Source of the DNA: Deltaproteobacteria bacterium
Lineage (GTDB): Bacteria > Myxococcota_A > UBA9160 > SMWR01
Reading direction: 5' to 3'
NCBI GenBank assembly: GCA_032128115.1
Contig: JAQBHB010000048.1
Span: 1 to 50,941, forward strand
Length of the DNA: 50,941 bases
Shown: piece by piece, positions 27,274 to 36,685 of the stretch
Position numbering within the stretch: the stretch's first letter is position 1
Layout of the letters: every line of letters starts with the position of its first letter
Notes under the pieces: model-generated
Told to the model about the DNA's origin: nothing
Database searches by the model: none
The model's input: the letters and a program-made list of their open reading frames with translations, nothing else
Made by a program: the position numbers and the translations under genes

Positions 27274-28938
27274 ATGGATCCCCGCGACCCCCGTCTCACC
27301 CTGGGCCGCTTCCTGACCCAGGTGGCGGCGAGCCATCCCGATCGATGTGCGATCTGGTTCGAAGGTCGCGAGATCGGCTATCGCGAGCTCGAAGCCGAGG
27401 CGCGCGGCCTGGCCCGCGCGCTCGTGGGCGTTGGCGTCGTCAAGGGGGCGCGGGTTGCGGTGCTCATGGGCAACCGCCCGGACTGGGTCATCGCGGCCTT
27501 CGCCGTGGGACTGGTGGGCGGGGTGCTGGTGCCCGTGAACACCTTTGCCACCCGCAGCGAGTTCGACTTCATCCTGCGCCACAGCGACGCGTCGCTGCTC
27601 CTGATGCAGCCATCGCTGCAGAAGCACCGCTTCCTGGACGACCTGCTCGCATCCCATCCGGCGATATCCGACAGCGAGCCCGGTCGCATCCGCTGCCCGG
27701 CGCTCCCGCAGCTGCGCCGGGTCGCGTGCACCGGGATCGAAGCGCCGCACGGGGCCGTCGAGACTTCTTCCGATCTGCTGGCCCGGGGTGAAGACGTTTC
27801 CGATGCCCTGCTGGATGCGCTCGTCGACGAAGTGGAGCCCTCGGACGAGGGCATCCTGATCTACACCTCCGGAACCACGGCCAACCCCAAGGGCGTTCTC
27901 CACAGCCAACGCGCCGGCGTGCTGCAGAGCTGGCGCTTCGCCGACATCCTGCGCCTCGACCCGGACGATCGCATTTTCACCACCTATCCGTTCTTCTGGA
28001 CGGCCGGCATCGCCATGTCGCTGGGGGCGTCCATGGCGGCCGGCGCTCGCCTGCTGTTGCTGGAGGTGTTCGAGCCCGGTGCCGCTCTCGACGTGATCGA
28101 ATCCCAGCGGGCCTCCGCCGTGCACGCCTGGCCCCATCAGGTCAAGGCCATGGGCGAGCACGAGTCGGCCGGATCCCGAGACCTGAGCTCGATTCGCAAG
28201 ATCGACATCGGGTCGCCCCTGGCGAAATTCGCCGGGATCGAGAAGGACGAGTACGGCACCGGCGCCGCCTACGGTCTGAGCGAGACCTTCACCATCTCGA
28301 GCATGCTTCCGGCGGACGCGCCCGTTGCACTTCGCCGCGCCAGCCACGGCAAGGCTCTACCCGGAACGCAGCTGCGCATCGTCGACCCCGAAACAGGAAA
28401 GCCGCTGGCGGCGGGCGAGGAGGGCGAGATCGCCGTGAAGGGCGTGACCTTCATGCTCGGCTACCACAAGGTGCTGCCCGAGAACTTCTTGGACGAAGAT
28501 GGATTCTTCCGAACCCAGGACGGCGGGTCGCTGGACGCCGAGGGCTACCTGCACTGGAGCGGTCGCCTCTCGAACCTGATCAAGACCGGCGGGGCCAACG
28601 TGTCGCCAGTGGAGATCGAGCAGACCGTATCGAAGCACCCGGACGTGAAGGTGGGCATCCCCGTGGCCATCGGGCATCCGACGCTGGGCGAAGTGATCGT
28701 GCTGTGCGTGGTGCCGGTGGCCGGTGCGTCGCCGCGGGAAGACGAGATCCGCTCGTTCCTGCGCTCGAAGCTCGCCGCCTACAAGGTGCCCCGTCGGGTG
28801 CTCTTCTTCCGGCCCGGGGATCTCTCGTACACCGGCAACCAGAAGATCCAGATGGATCCCCTGCGGGAATCGGCGCGGGCGCGCCTCGAGGCTGAAGGCG
28901 CCGAGATCGAGGGCTACCGCTACGAACCGGGTGCCTGA
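27274..28938 (+). CDS. AMP-binding acyl-CoA synthetase/ligase
   Basis: YTSGTTANPKG, YGLSET, GFFRTQD, LIKTGGANVSPVEIE, LAAYKVPR. Confidence 0.92.
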   Translation: MDPRDPRLTLGRFLTQVAASHPDRCAIWFEGREIGYRELEAEARGLARALVGVGVVKGARVAVLMGNRPDWVIAAFAVGLVGGVLVPVNTFATRSEFDFILRHSDASLLLMQPSLQKHRFLDDLLASHPAISDSEPGRIRCPALPQLRRVACTGIEAPHGAVETSSDLLARGEDVSDALLDALVDEVEPSDEGILIYTSGTTANPKGVLHSQRAGVLQSWRFADILRLDPDDRIFTTYPFFWTAGIAMSLGASMAAGARLLLLEVFEPGAALDVIESQRASAVHAWPHQVKAMGEHESAGSRDLSSIRKIDIGSPLAKFAGIEKDEYGTGAAYGLSETFTISSMLPADAPVALRRASHGKALPGTQLRIVDPETGKPLAAGEEGEIAVKGVTFMLGYHKVLPENFLDEDGFFRTQDGGSLDAEGYLHWSGRLSNLIKTGGANVSPVEIEQTVSKHPDVKVGIPVAIGHPTLGEVIVLCVVPVAGASPREDEIRSFLRSKLAAYKVPRRVLFFRPGDLSYTGNQKIQMDPLRESARARLEAEGAEIEGYRYEPGA

Positions 28939-30112
28939 CCTGCGACACCAGATCGTTTCGATGGTGGTCGTGCCGCTGCTGCTGCTGGCGGCGATCGGCG
29001 TGTCTACGCCGCTGATCGATCGCGCCCAGGGCTTCGACAGCGACGGCAAGCGCTACGGCGCCATGGCCGACCCGGACCTGTTCAAGCCGCGTTTTCGCGA
29101 CGAGATCCCCTGGGCCTGGCGGGTGCTGACGCCCGCCCTGGCCTCGTGGCTCCCGTTCGAAACCCTGACAAACTTTCGCGTACTGGCGGTTCTTTCCAAC
29201 TGGCTGTCGCTGGTGCTGCTGTACGGGATCCTGCGCCGCAGCGGCTTCACCCGCGAACTTTCGTTGTTGGGCATGGGGCTCTACGCCGGCGTTTTCTGGT
29301 CGATCAAGTTCTTCTTCTACTCGCCGGCCTACATCGACTCCGGGACCCAGGCCATCGCACTGGCGATCCTGTACCTGGCGGTGACGAGGCACTACGCCTT
29401 CGTGCCGGTCGCAATCGCGCTGGGCGTGCTCCAGAAGGAATCGATCCTGTTCCTGGCGCCGGTGGTCTATGCGGCCTACGGGAGCGAGCGGGGGGTGTGG
29501 CGGCCGCGATCGCTGGCCTACGCCGCGGCGCTCACGCTGCCCGCAGTCGGGATGCTGGCGGCGCTGCGCCTCGCCATTCCGGGCATCGGCGACTACTCGC
29601 CCTGGAGCATGGTCTGGAGCCAGATCCAGCTGACCGCGGCGCCCGCCAACGCGCCGCGCCTGCTGTTGGCCCTGTTCAGCGGACTGGGAATCCTGCCCCT
29701 GTGGCTCGCGGTGCGCCCACGGGATTCGCTTTCCCGACTGCGCGCAAGTCCCCTGTGGTGTGCATTGGGGGGCCTGGGCCTGCTGCTGCTGGTGGCGGGC
29801 GAGGACAAGGCGCGCCTGTTCCTGTATGCGCTTCCCGCCGTGGTGGTGCTGGCGGTGGGGGTTGCGGCCGATCTGCTGGAAGCGCGCGATCCGCGTCGGG
29901 TCTGGGTCTGGGTGGCGATCGCTCTGGCCCTGCACCTGTTCCTGGGCCACCACCTGACGCCCATGGGAAGTTTCGACGCCTATCTGGACCGCATGGTTCC
30001 CATGTACGCGAGTGATGCAGCCGTGGTTTCCGGTCTGGTGCGCGTGGCCGGGGTGACGATCGTCTTCGCCCTGGCCAGCGCGGTTCTGCTGCGTCAGCGC
30101 GTGCGCTCGTAG
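28931..30112 (+). CDS. Polytopic membrane protein, possible GT-C-fold glycosyltransferase
   Basis: About 10 TM segments; acidic loop DSDGKRYGAMA after TM1, then PWAWRVLTP; LQKES. Confidence 0.55.
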   Translation: MPDLRHQIVSMVVVPLLLLAAIGVSTPLIDRAQGFDSDGKRYGAMADPDLFKPRFRDEIPWAWRVLTPALASWLPFETLTNFRVLAVLSNWLSLVLLYGILRRSGFTRELSLLGMGLYAGVFWSIKFFFYSPAYIDSGTQAIALAILYLAVTRHYAFVPVAIALGVLQKESILFLAPVVYAAYGSERGVWRPRSLAYAAALTLPAVGMLAALRLAIPGIGDYSPWSMVWSQIQLTAAPANAPRLLLALFSGLGILPLWLAVRPRDSLSRLRASPLWCALGGLGLLLLVAGEDKARLFLYALPAVVVLAVGVAADLLEARDPRRVWVWVAIALALHLFLGHHLTPMGSFDAYLDRMVPMYASDAAVVSGLVRVAGVTIVFALASAVLLRQRVRS

Positions 30113-30172
30113 ATCACGAAGCCCGCGGCCAGGGCGGGGAGGGCGCGCAGGCCGCGCACGTCCCGGGGAGAT

Positions 30173-31561
30173 TCATGTCGAAGATCTCGAGAGCTGGCAC
30201 GGAAGCAGATCGAGTGCGGTGAGTTCGCGCGCCACCTCCTCGGCCGCCAGGGCGGCGCCGAAGCGCGTCCAGTGGGGATCGTTGTTCAGGAAGAGGGGAA
30301 AGCGCTCCGAGCCCTGGAACGCCGGCAGCAGGCTCACCACCGGATACGGCAGATCCTTCTCCACCTCGTCGAAATACCGGAAGGGTTCGAGCGCGTAGGG
30401 GCCCATGCGCTCGACCTTGTCCTCCTCCCAGTTGTGCAGCGACTCGCGGCGCGAGTACTGGAACGCGCGGGGATAGATCACGACGGCGAAATCGCTGCCA
30501 AGCACGTCGTGGGAGAATTCGTGCAGAGCCGCAAGGTTGCGCATGACGCCCCGCGCAAGATCCGCCCGGGTGCGGACCAGGGGCTCGAGCATGGGGAAGA
30601 ACCGCTTCTCCGGAACTTCCGAAATCTCCTCGGGTACCGCGCCGCTCGGGGCCTGTCGGAAGATCTGGAAGATTCCGCGCACATCCAGGGGCTCGCCGGG
30701 CCACCAGGGCTCGAGCGCCGCGTTGATCACCCGGGGCCATGCGATTTGGAAATCACCCTCGTTCCGAAGCTGCTGCTCGTAACGAAGGTCGTCGTGGAAG
30801 TCGGTCATGTCCAGGTTGTAGATCACCAGATCGGGCCGATAGCGGTATCCGATCTCGCGCAGGAGGCGCAGGCTCAACAGGGGAGAGGAGCTGGTCCAGC
30901 CGAAGTTGACGGCGCGCACCGTCTCGCGGCAGCTGCCGTCGGCCAACAGGGTCTCGAAGGCGTAGGGATAGGCGTCGGCGTAGTCCAGGTGGAGCCCGTA
31001 GGTGAACGAGTCGCCCAGGAACAGCACCACGAAATCGTCCGCCGCGAGCTCGTCGTCGTCGCCGCGGAAGCGGATGCCGTCGCTGTTGATCTCGTCCCCA
31101 TCCGGCACCAGGCGATGATCCACGCTCAGTTCGTGCACGCGAGCGATCCGCGACACGATGCGGGCGGTCACCGCACCGGGAATCAGCCAGGCGAGAAAGA
31201 CCCAGAGGATGGCGGCGTACACGGTGGTGAGCGCCGGCGAGCGCCTGGCGACGTACACGAGGGCCACCACCGGCGGGATCGTCACCAGGGCGATCCCGAG
31301 ACCGGTCGGCGGTCGGAACACCACGGCGTAGACCAGGGCGCTCGCGAGAACCAGGTCGGCCCGGGACCAGGCGGCCAACAGGCGGTCCGCCAGCCGAAGG
31401 CGCGAGCGGGCCGCCACCAGCGCCCCCATCGAACCCCACAGGATCGGGACGCACCAGGCGTGGACGAATACCAAGCCGTGCCACTGCCAGGCGCTTCCGA
31501 AGAGGAGCACCACGGCCGGCACCACGACCACAGACCCGAAGACGCCGCGGATGGCGCTCAT
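30173..31561 (-). CDS. Membrane-anchored SGNH/GDSL hydrolase or O-acyltransferase
   Basis: N-terminal TM helices; FLGDSFTYG, VNFGWTS, DPHW. Confidence 0.8.
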   Translation of the reverse strand: MSAIRGVFGSVVVVPAVVLLFGSAWQWHGLVFVHAWCVPILWGSMGALVAARSRLRLADRLLAAWSRADLVLASALVYAVVFRPPTGLGIALVTIPPVVALVYVARRSPALTTVYAAILWVFLAWLIPGAVTARIVSRIARVHELSVDHRLVPDGDEINSDGIRFRGDDDELAADDFVVLFLGDSFTYGLHLDYADAYPYAFETLLADGSCRETVRAVNFGWTSSSPLLSLRLLREIGYRYRPDLVIYNLDMTDFHDDLRYEQQLRNEGDFQIAWPRVINAALEPWWPGEPLDVRGIFQIFRQAPSGAVPEEISEVPEKRFFPMLEPLVRTRADLARGVMRNLAALHEFSHDVLGSDFAVVIYPRAFQYSRRESLHNWEEDKVERMGPYALEPFRYFDEVEKDLPYPVVSLLPAFQGSERFPLFLNNDPHWTRFGAALAAEEVARELTALDLLPCQLSRSST

Positions 31562-31671
31562 CCTCGCGGAGTATAGGCCCGCTGCCGTTCGCCACGCGGG
31601 AGGCGGAGCGGACTATCATGTTCGGCCCTCCCCGGGGGCCGGGGGCCGGGAGTCGGAGGCGGTCCAACGCA

Positions 31672-33606
31672 ATGCACAGTGACGATTCCCGCGGCGCGGG
31701 AGACAACGGGCTCCCGGGGCGGATCCGCGGACATCTCCGCAGGTTCTTCCGCGCGCCCATTCGCACGCCCTTTTCCAGACGGCTGGCGGGCGGGCTGTTC
31801 GCCCTGGCGGTGGTGGCGCTGTCGACGACGCTGCGAATCGCCGTCGCTCTGGGAGATCCCCACTTCGATACGCAGAGCCCCACCGGCATGCTGCGCACCG
31901 ATCCCGCGCTGCTGTATTACGTGACCGAGAAGATCATCGAGGCCGAAGGCGGCGTGCCCTGGGACTTCCGCGCCGACCCGCGCATCGAGTATCCAGACGG
32001 CGCCGACATCCCCGCCATGTTCACCGTGGGCCAGGAGTTCCTGGTGGCCTGGACCTGGCTGGGTTTCGGGCAGGATGTGCCCCTGCACGTCTGGGCCGTG
32101 TGCGTGATGGCCCTGTGGGCGTCGCTCACCGGGTTTGCGGTGTACGGGCTCACGCGGGAGCTGACGGGTCGCGTGGCGTGGGCCTGCCTGGCCACGGCCC
32201 TGTGGGCGGTGCTGCTGGCCAATTATCGCACGCTGGGCTTCATCCTGATCCGCGAGGACTTCGCACTGCCGTGGCTCGGGCTCCATCTGTTCCTGTTGGC
32301 GCGGGCGGCCCGGGTGCGCACGCCCGTGGCCTTCGGGCTGGCGGGGCTGGCGCTGACGGCCGCCGCCGCCACCTGGCACGCCATGAGCTTCGTTCTGACC
32401 CTGGAGGCGGGCTGCTTCGGGCTGTGGTTCCTGCGCACGGGGCGCAATCCACTGGCGGCGCGCTGGGCATGGCTGGTCCCCGCGGTTCCCGCCCTGGCGT
32501 CGTTCGCGATTCCGGTGCTGGCCGCCAAGGACTTCGTGGTGTCGTTGCCCATGCTGATGATGGGGGCCCTGGGGGCGGGGGCCCTGGCGGCGCGCGGAGG
32601 CCGCCTGTCCCGGCGGGGCGAAACCGGGGTGGTGGCAGGGGCGGCCGTGCTGGGTCTGCTCGCGTCGCGTCTGCCGGCTTTCGGGTCGGACCGCGGCGAA
32701 TCGGACTACGCACACGTCTTCGAGCTGATCGCGGCCAAGCTGCGCTATCTGGGATCGCTGCCCGCCGACCCGCAGCAGCTGTCGTTCGGCGCGCGTCTGT
32801 TGTGGGACGGGCCCTTCGAAACCGCGTCGCTCCCGGTGCTGTTCATTGGACTCAGCACCGGACTCGTGGCGATCCTGGCGGCGATTGCGACCTACTCCCG
32901 GGATTGGTGGCGCGGCGACGGAGAGCCGGCCGAGTGTCTGCTGGTGGCCTTCGCGGCCTTCGCGCTGTTGTCCGCGGTGCTGATCGAGCGCGTGTACGTG
33001 GTGGTGGGGATCCTGGCGCCGGTGATCGCAGCGGTCTATCTGGCGCGGATCCAGCCGCCACGCCTGGGGTTTCGGGCCATGTTCGCGCTCATCGGGCTGG
33101 CCGGTGTTCTCCAGGCGTTCGCCCTGATCGGCTGGGAGAGCAGCTGGTATCCGCCCACTCGGGTGGCAGCGCGCGCCCACGCGCTTCGCTGGATCGGCGA
33201 GAACATCCGCAATGCCGAGCCCATTGCCTCGGACTTCGTCACCTCGCCAGCGGTACTGGCCCACTCGGGCCATCCGATCCTGCTGCAGCCCAAGTACGAA
33301 ACCGCCCGCAGCCGCGCCCGCATCCGCGTCTTCTTCGAGACGTTCTTCCAGGGAACGCCCGAGGACCTGCACCGCTCGATTCTCGCTGCGGGCTCGCGTT
33401 ATCTGGTGGTGGATCAGGTGCTGATGAAGGAACACGCCTACATCGGTGGCGTTCCGAAAGGGGCGAACCCGCGGGAGGGAACCGCGGCCGCGGTTCTTCT
33501 GAGCGATCGCCCCAGGGACTTCAAGCGCGTACCCGGCTTCGATTTGATCTATCGCAGCCCGAACGGCATGGGAACCGACTCCTACCGTGTATATCGCCTC
33601 GAGTAG
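31672..33606 (+). CDS. GT-C glycosyltransferase with DPY19 (C-mannosyltransferase)-like motifs
   Basis: LRTDPALLYYVTEKIIEA, DPRIEYP, IREDFALP, DYAHVFELIAAKL, GHPILLQPKYE; many TM helices; no WWDYG. Confidence 0.7.
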   Translation: MHSDDSRGAGDNGLPGRIRGHLRRFFRAPIRTPFSRRLAGGLFALAVVALSTTLRIAVALGDPHFDTQSPTGMLRTDPALLYYVTEKIIEAEGGVPWDFRADPRIEYPDGADIPAMFTVGQEFLVAWTWLGFGQDVPLHVWAVCVMALWASLTGFAVYGLTRELTGRVAWACLATALWAVLLANYRTLGFILIREDFALPWLGLHLFLLARAARVRTPVAFGLAGLALTAAAATWHAMSFVLTLEAGCFGLWFLRTGRNPLAARWAWLVPAVPALASFAIPVLAAKDFVVSLPMLMMGALGAGALAARGGRLSRRGETGVVAGAAVLGLLASRLPAFGSDRGESDYAHVFELIAAKLRYLGSLPADPQQLSFGARLLWDGPFETASLPVLFIGLSTGLVAILAAIATYSRDWWRGDGEPAECLLVAFAAFALLSAVLIERVYVVVGILAPVIAAVYLARIQPPRLGFRAMFALIGLAGVLQAFALIGWESSWYPPTRVAARAHALRWIGENIRNAEPIASDFVTSPAVLAHSGHPILLQPKYETARSRARIRVFFETFFQGTPEDLHRSILAAGSRYLVVDQVLMKEHAYIGGVPKGANPREGTAAAVLLSDRPRDFKRVPGFDLIYRSPNGMGTDSYRVYRLE

Positions 33607-35197
33607 GCGGGGCCGCGTGCCCCTGGTGTTGGGGGTGGGGCTCGCGACGTGGCTGGGCTGGCGCGAGTTCTGGTTCCTCACCGACGATGCCTTCATCGCA
33701 TTCCGCTACGCCAGCAACGCGCTGCTGGGCTACGGCCTGGTGTGGAATCCGCCGCCCTTCGCAGCGGTGGAGGGCTATACGAGCTTCCTGTGGGTGCGTC
33801 TGCTGGAGTGGGTGTGGCGCCTGACCGGCGTGGCGCCGCCCCGGTCGGCCAACTGGATCTCGCTGACATTGGGATTCGTCACGCTGTGGTGGGTGGCTCG
33901 CCTGTTCATGCGCATGGCGCTGCCGCCCGCCCTCGAGCGTCACCGCCCGACACTGCTCGCCCTGGTGATGCTCGGAACCGTCAGCAACCCCACGTTCCTG
34001 GCCTGGCTGAGTTCGGGCCTGGAGACGGCGCTGTTCAATCTCGGTGTGACGTGGTGGCTGGTTGCGGCGCTGGCGCCCGCCGCCGATCGCGGCACGCGCT
34101 GGCTCGTGAGTCTTTCCTGCGCCTCGGCCGTGCTGGCCCTGACGCGTCCCGACGGCCTGCTCTTCGCGGCCGCCTGGGGGGTGTTGGTGCTGCTGCACCT
34201 GCGCGAGCGGGGAGGCGCCGACGCGGCTGCGCGGTTGGCCCTGGCGCCCATGCTGGCCGTTCCCGTGCATCTGGTGTGGCGGCGGGTCCGCTATGGCCTC
34301 TGGCTTCCCAACACGTACTACGCCAAGCACGTGGAGCCGTGGGCCGAGAGCGGCGTCCGTTACCTGGCGTCGTTTCTGCTGGAGTACGGCGTCTGGGTCT
34401 GGGGGCTGTTGATGCTGGCCTGGGTCGTCAAGCGACTCCGCGCGGGAGCGCTTCCGATCCGGCCCTTCGCGCTGCTCGCAATCGGAACTGCTGTGGCCCA
34501 CGTGGCCTACTACACGCTGGTGATCGGGGGCGATCACTTCGAATACCGGGTCTACAGCCCGTGGATACCGCTGCTGTTCGTTTCTGCCGTCTGGCTCGGG
34601 GCGCGCGTGTTCGCGCGGCCGGTATCGGTGGTTGCGGCCGTGGTGGCCTTCATCCTGGCGTCGTGGCCGATTCCCTGGGTTCACTGGTTCGAGACGCGGG
34701 AGCTCTCGACCCGGGGCCAGACCCTGCGCAGGGTCCATCCCATTGCCGAGCGATTTCCCGCGGCGTTGCGTCCCCCCGTGCAGGCGTGGGACGACTGGCA
34801 GGCGTGGCTCGCGCGCCGGCGCGTGTGCGTCCGCCACCAGGAGCACAAGGTCTTTGCGGAGCACCAGCTTCGCGAACTCCCCACCCGCGCCGAGGGCTCG
34901 GCGATCTCGTGGGATGAGCGCGCGGTGATCGCCCGGGGCTCGGTGGGCATCGTCTCCTGGGTGTTGCCCCATGTGGCGGTGATCGACGAGTTCGGCCTCA
35001 ACGATCGGGTCGTGGCTCGCAACCCGAGCCCGCGTTACGACCCGCGCCGCATGGGCCACGATCGCATGCCGCCACCGGGCTACGTGGAATGCTTCCGGCC
35101 GAACCTCTCGATCGAGGACGGCAGCATGCGGCTCGAATCCCGCGCGCGCCCGCTCCTCGACGATGAGATCCGCGCGTGCGAGGCCCCCCCGAGCTGA
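33587..35197 (+). CDS. AftB-like GT-C membrane glycosyltransferase
   Basis: DDAFIAFRYASN..GYGLVWN..VEGYTS, SGLET, TRPDG, LPNTYYAK, IGGDHFEYR, IDEFGLND. Confidence 0.72.
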   Translation: MYIASSRRGRVPLVLGVGLATWLGWREFWFLTDDAFIAFRYASNALLGYGLVWNPPPFAAVEGYTSFLWVRLLEWVWRLTGVAPPRSANWISLTLGFVTLWWVARLFMRMALPPALERHRPTLLALVMLGTVSNPTFLAWLSSGLETALFNLGVTWWLVAALAPAADRGTRWLVSLSCASAVLALTRPDGLLFAAAWGVLVLLHLRERGGADAAARLALAPMLAVPVHLVWRRVRYGLWLPNTYYAKHVEPWAESGVRYLASFLLEYGVWVWGLLMLAWVVKRLRAGALPIRPFALLAIGTAVAHVAYYTLVIGGDHFEYRVYSPWIPLLFVSAVWLGARVFARPVSVVAAVVAFILASWPIPWVHWFETRELSTRGQTLRRVHPIAERFPAALRPPVQAWDDWQAWLARRRVCVRHQEHKVFAEHQLRELPTRAEGSAISWDERAVIARGSVGIVSWVLPHVAVIDEFGLNDRVVARNPSPRYDPRRMGHDRMPPPGYVECFRPNLSIEDGSMRLESRARPLLDDEIRACEAPPS

Positions 35198-35277
35198 CCC
35201 CGGAAGCAGATAGGACAGGCACGGGCACCCCCTTACGGCCGGGTATGAAATCCGCGTCGATCCCCGCCGCGACGCGC

Positions 35278-35760
35278 CTACCCCGTCTTGGTCTCGGTCT
35301 TGGTCGGCGGCGGTTCCGGGGGGGATTCAGAGGGCGGCGCTTCGGCAGAGGCTGGCGCATCGGGTTCGGCCCGCACCAGGTCCCACTTCCCGTCTCGTTT
35401 CACGGTCAGTATCCACGTGCGGAGCGATTCGTTCAGCTCGGGTTTGGGCGAGGCGATCGCCTGGTAGGCGACATCGGATTCGCTGTCGCCGAGCGCCACG
35501 CTGAGCTCATAGTACCGTGGAGGGGTGGTGGGATTTCCGACGATCGCTGGATCGTCGGTGTAGGTGTAGGAATCCAGGAAGTACTCGTCCTCGACCGTCT
35601 TGACCTGGCGGAGCACGACCTCTCCCTCGACCTCCTTCGCCCTCGTCGCAAAGGCTTGATACGCGGGGATCGCCGTCGCTGACAAGATCCCGATGATCGC
35701 GACCACCACGAGGAGTTCGATGAGCGTGAATCCAGCGGATTGCCGAGCCGGTCCACTCAT
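35278..35760 (-). CDS. Type IV pilin-like protein with Pro/Ser/Thr/Glu-rich C-terminal tail
   Basis: Prepilin cleavage/methylation motif G-FTLIELLVVVAIIGILSATAIPAY. Confidence 0.88.
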   Translation of the reverse strand: MSGPARQSAGFTLIELLVVVAIIGILSATAIPAYQAFATRAKEVEGEVVLRQVKTVEDEYFLDSYTYTDDPAIVGNPTTPPRYYELSVALGDSESDVAYQAIASPKPELNESLRTWILTVKRDGKWDLVRAEPDAPASAEAPPSESPPEPPPTKTETKTG

Positions 35761-36389
35761 GTGGAGCGCTGCTCCTCGGCAGAACCCACTGGACAGAGAC
35801 GATCTACGATGTCGTGGATTCCGTCCGTCGCCTTGATTGCCGACTCGAGCCGATCGATCACCCCCTGACTCCCGCCTGGGTCTGCCTGAGCCGCGAGTTC
35901 GTCCAGCGCACCGCCCAATTCGTCTCGAGCGTGGAGCAGGTACTCGCGGGCCTCCCGCAGAGAGGTGTCGATGTTCACGGTGCCCCGGTTCATCAACTCT
36001 GCCACCGTCAGCAGCTGATCGCCCTTCCGGAGCCGGATCCGAGCCGCGAGATTGCCGTGGGCCAGCTCCGTGGCGAAGCCCTCGAGGCGAAAGAGCGGGC
36101 CGGCGATTCGGTGCGCGAGGAAAACGCTGAAGACGACTGCGCCCACGAGCAGGGTCGTGAAGACCGGCCAGAACACCTCCCCGAGCAGCAGGAACTGCGC
36201 TGCCGCGTGCTCGCGCTCGGCGAGGGGCGCCGACGATACCAGCTTCATTGCCGGAAGCACGTAGGGAGCGACGACGGCGACCCCGTAGACCAGGAACGAA
36301 TAGCAGAAGAGAAAGGTCCCGATCCAGACGGCGTAGAGCCGCGCGGTCTGGTTGCCGGGCCGGAATCGCCGCCTGTCGGATCGGGCCAT
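35757..36389 (-). CDS. Two-TM HAMP-domain protein, coupled to the pilin gene
   Basis: AHRIAGPLFRL...GNLAARIRLRKGDQL HAMP pattern; ATGA overlap with the pilin start. Confidence 0.75.
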   Translation of the reverse strand: MARSDRRRFRPGNQTARLYAVWIGTFLFCYSFLVYGVAVVAPYVLPAMKLVSSAPLAEREHAAAQFLLLGEVFWPVFTTLLVGAVVFSVFLAHRIAGPLFRLEGFATELAHGNLAARIRLRKGDQLLTVAELMNRGTVNIDTSLREAREYLLHARDELGGALDELAAQADPGGSQGVIDRLESAIKATDGIHDIVDRLCPVGSAEEQRST

Positions 36390-36403
36390 GATGGATCCCT
36401 CGT

Positions 36404-36433
36404 CATCTCAGAACATCGCATCTCAGAACATCG
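36404..36433 (+). repeat. 15-bp tandem duplication
   Basis: catctcagaacatcg x2. Confidence 0.85.
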
Positions 36434-36685
36434 GTGTGCCTCCCGTTTCGCTTGAGTTGCCTCGAGCTTGCACGTGAAGATCAAGAGCTTCGGGCGCCCC
36501 GTCGGATCGGAATCGTCTCCCGCGCATGGGCGGACCGACAGGCAACTCGAGCGCAGGTTCAGCTGTACAGGAAGGCAACCCCTCGCGTCCCCGAGAGCCC
36601 CAGGCCGATTCAGGTGCTGCGCTTGCCCTTGCGGGCCCTGGCCGGTCTGACATGGAAGGCGGGCGAAATCGGCGGGCAGGAAAGT

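Noticed and set aside
31672..33606. STT3/PglB oligosaccharyltransferase
   Set aside because: Lacks the WWDYG motif; motifs match DPY19 better
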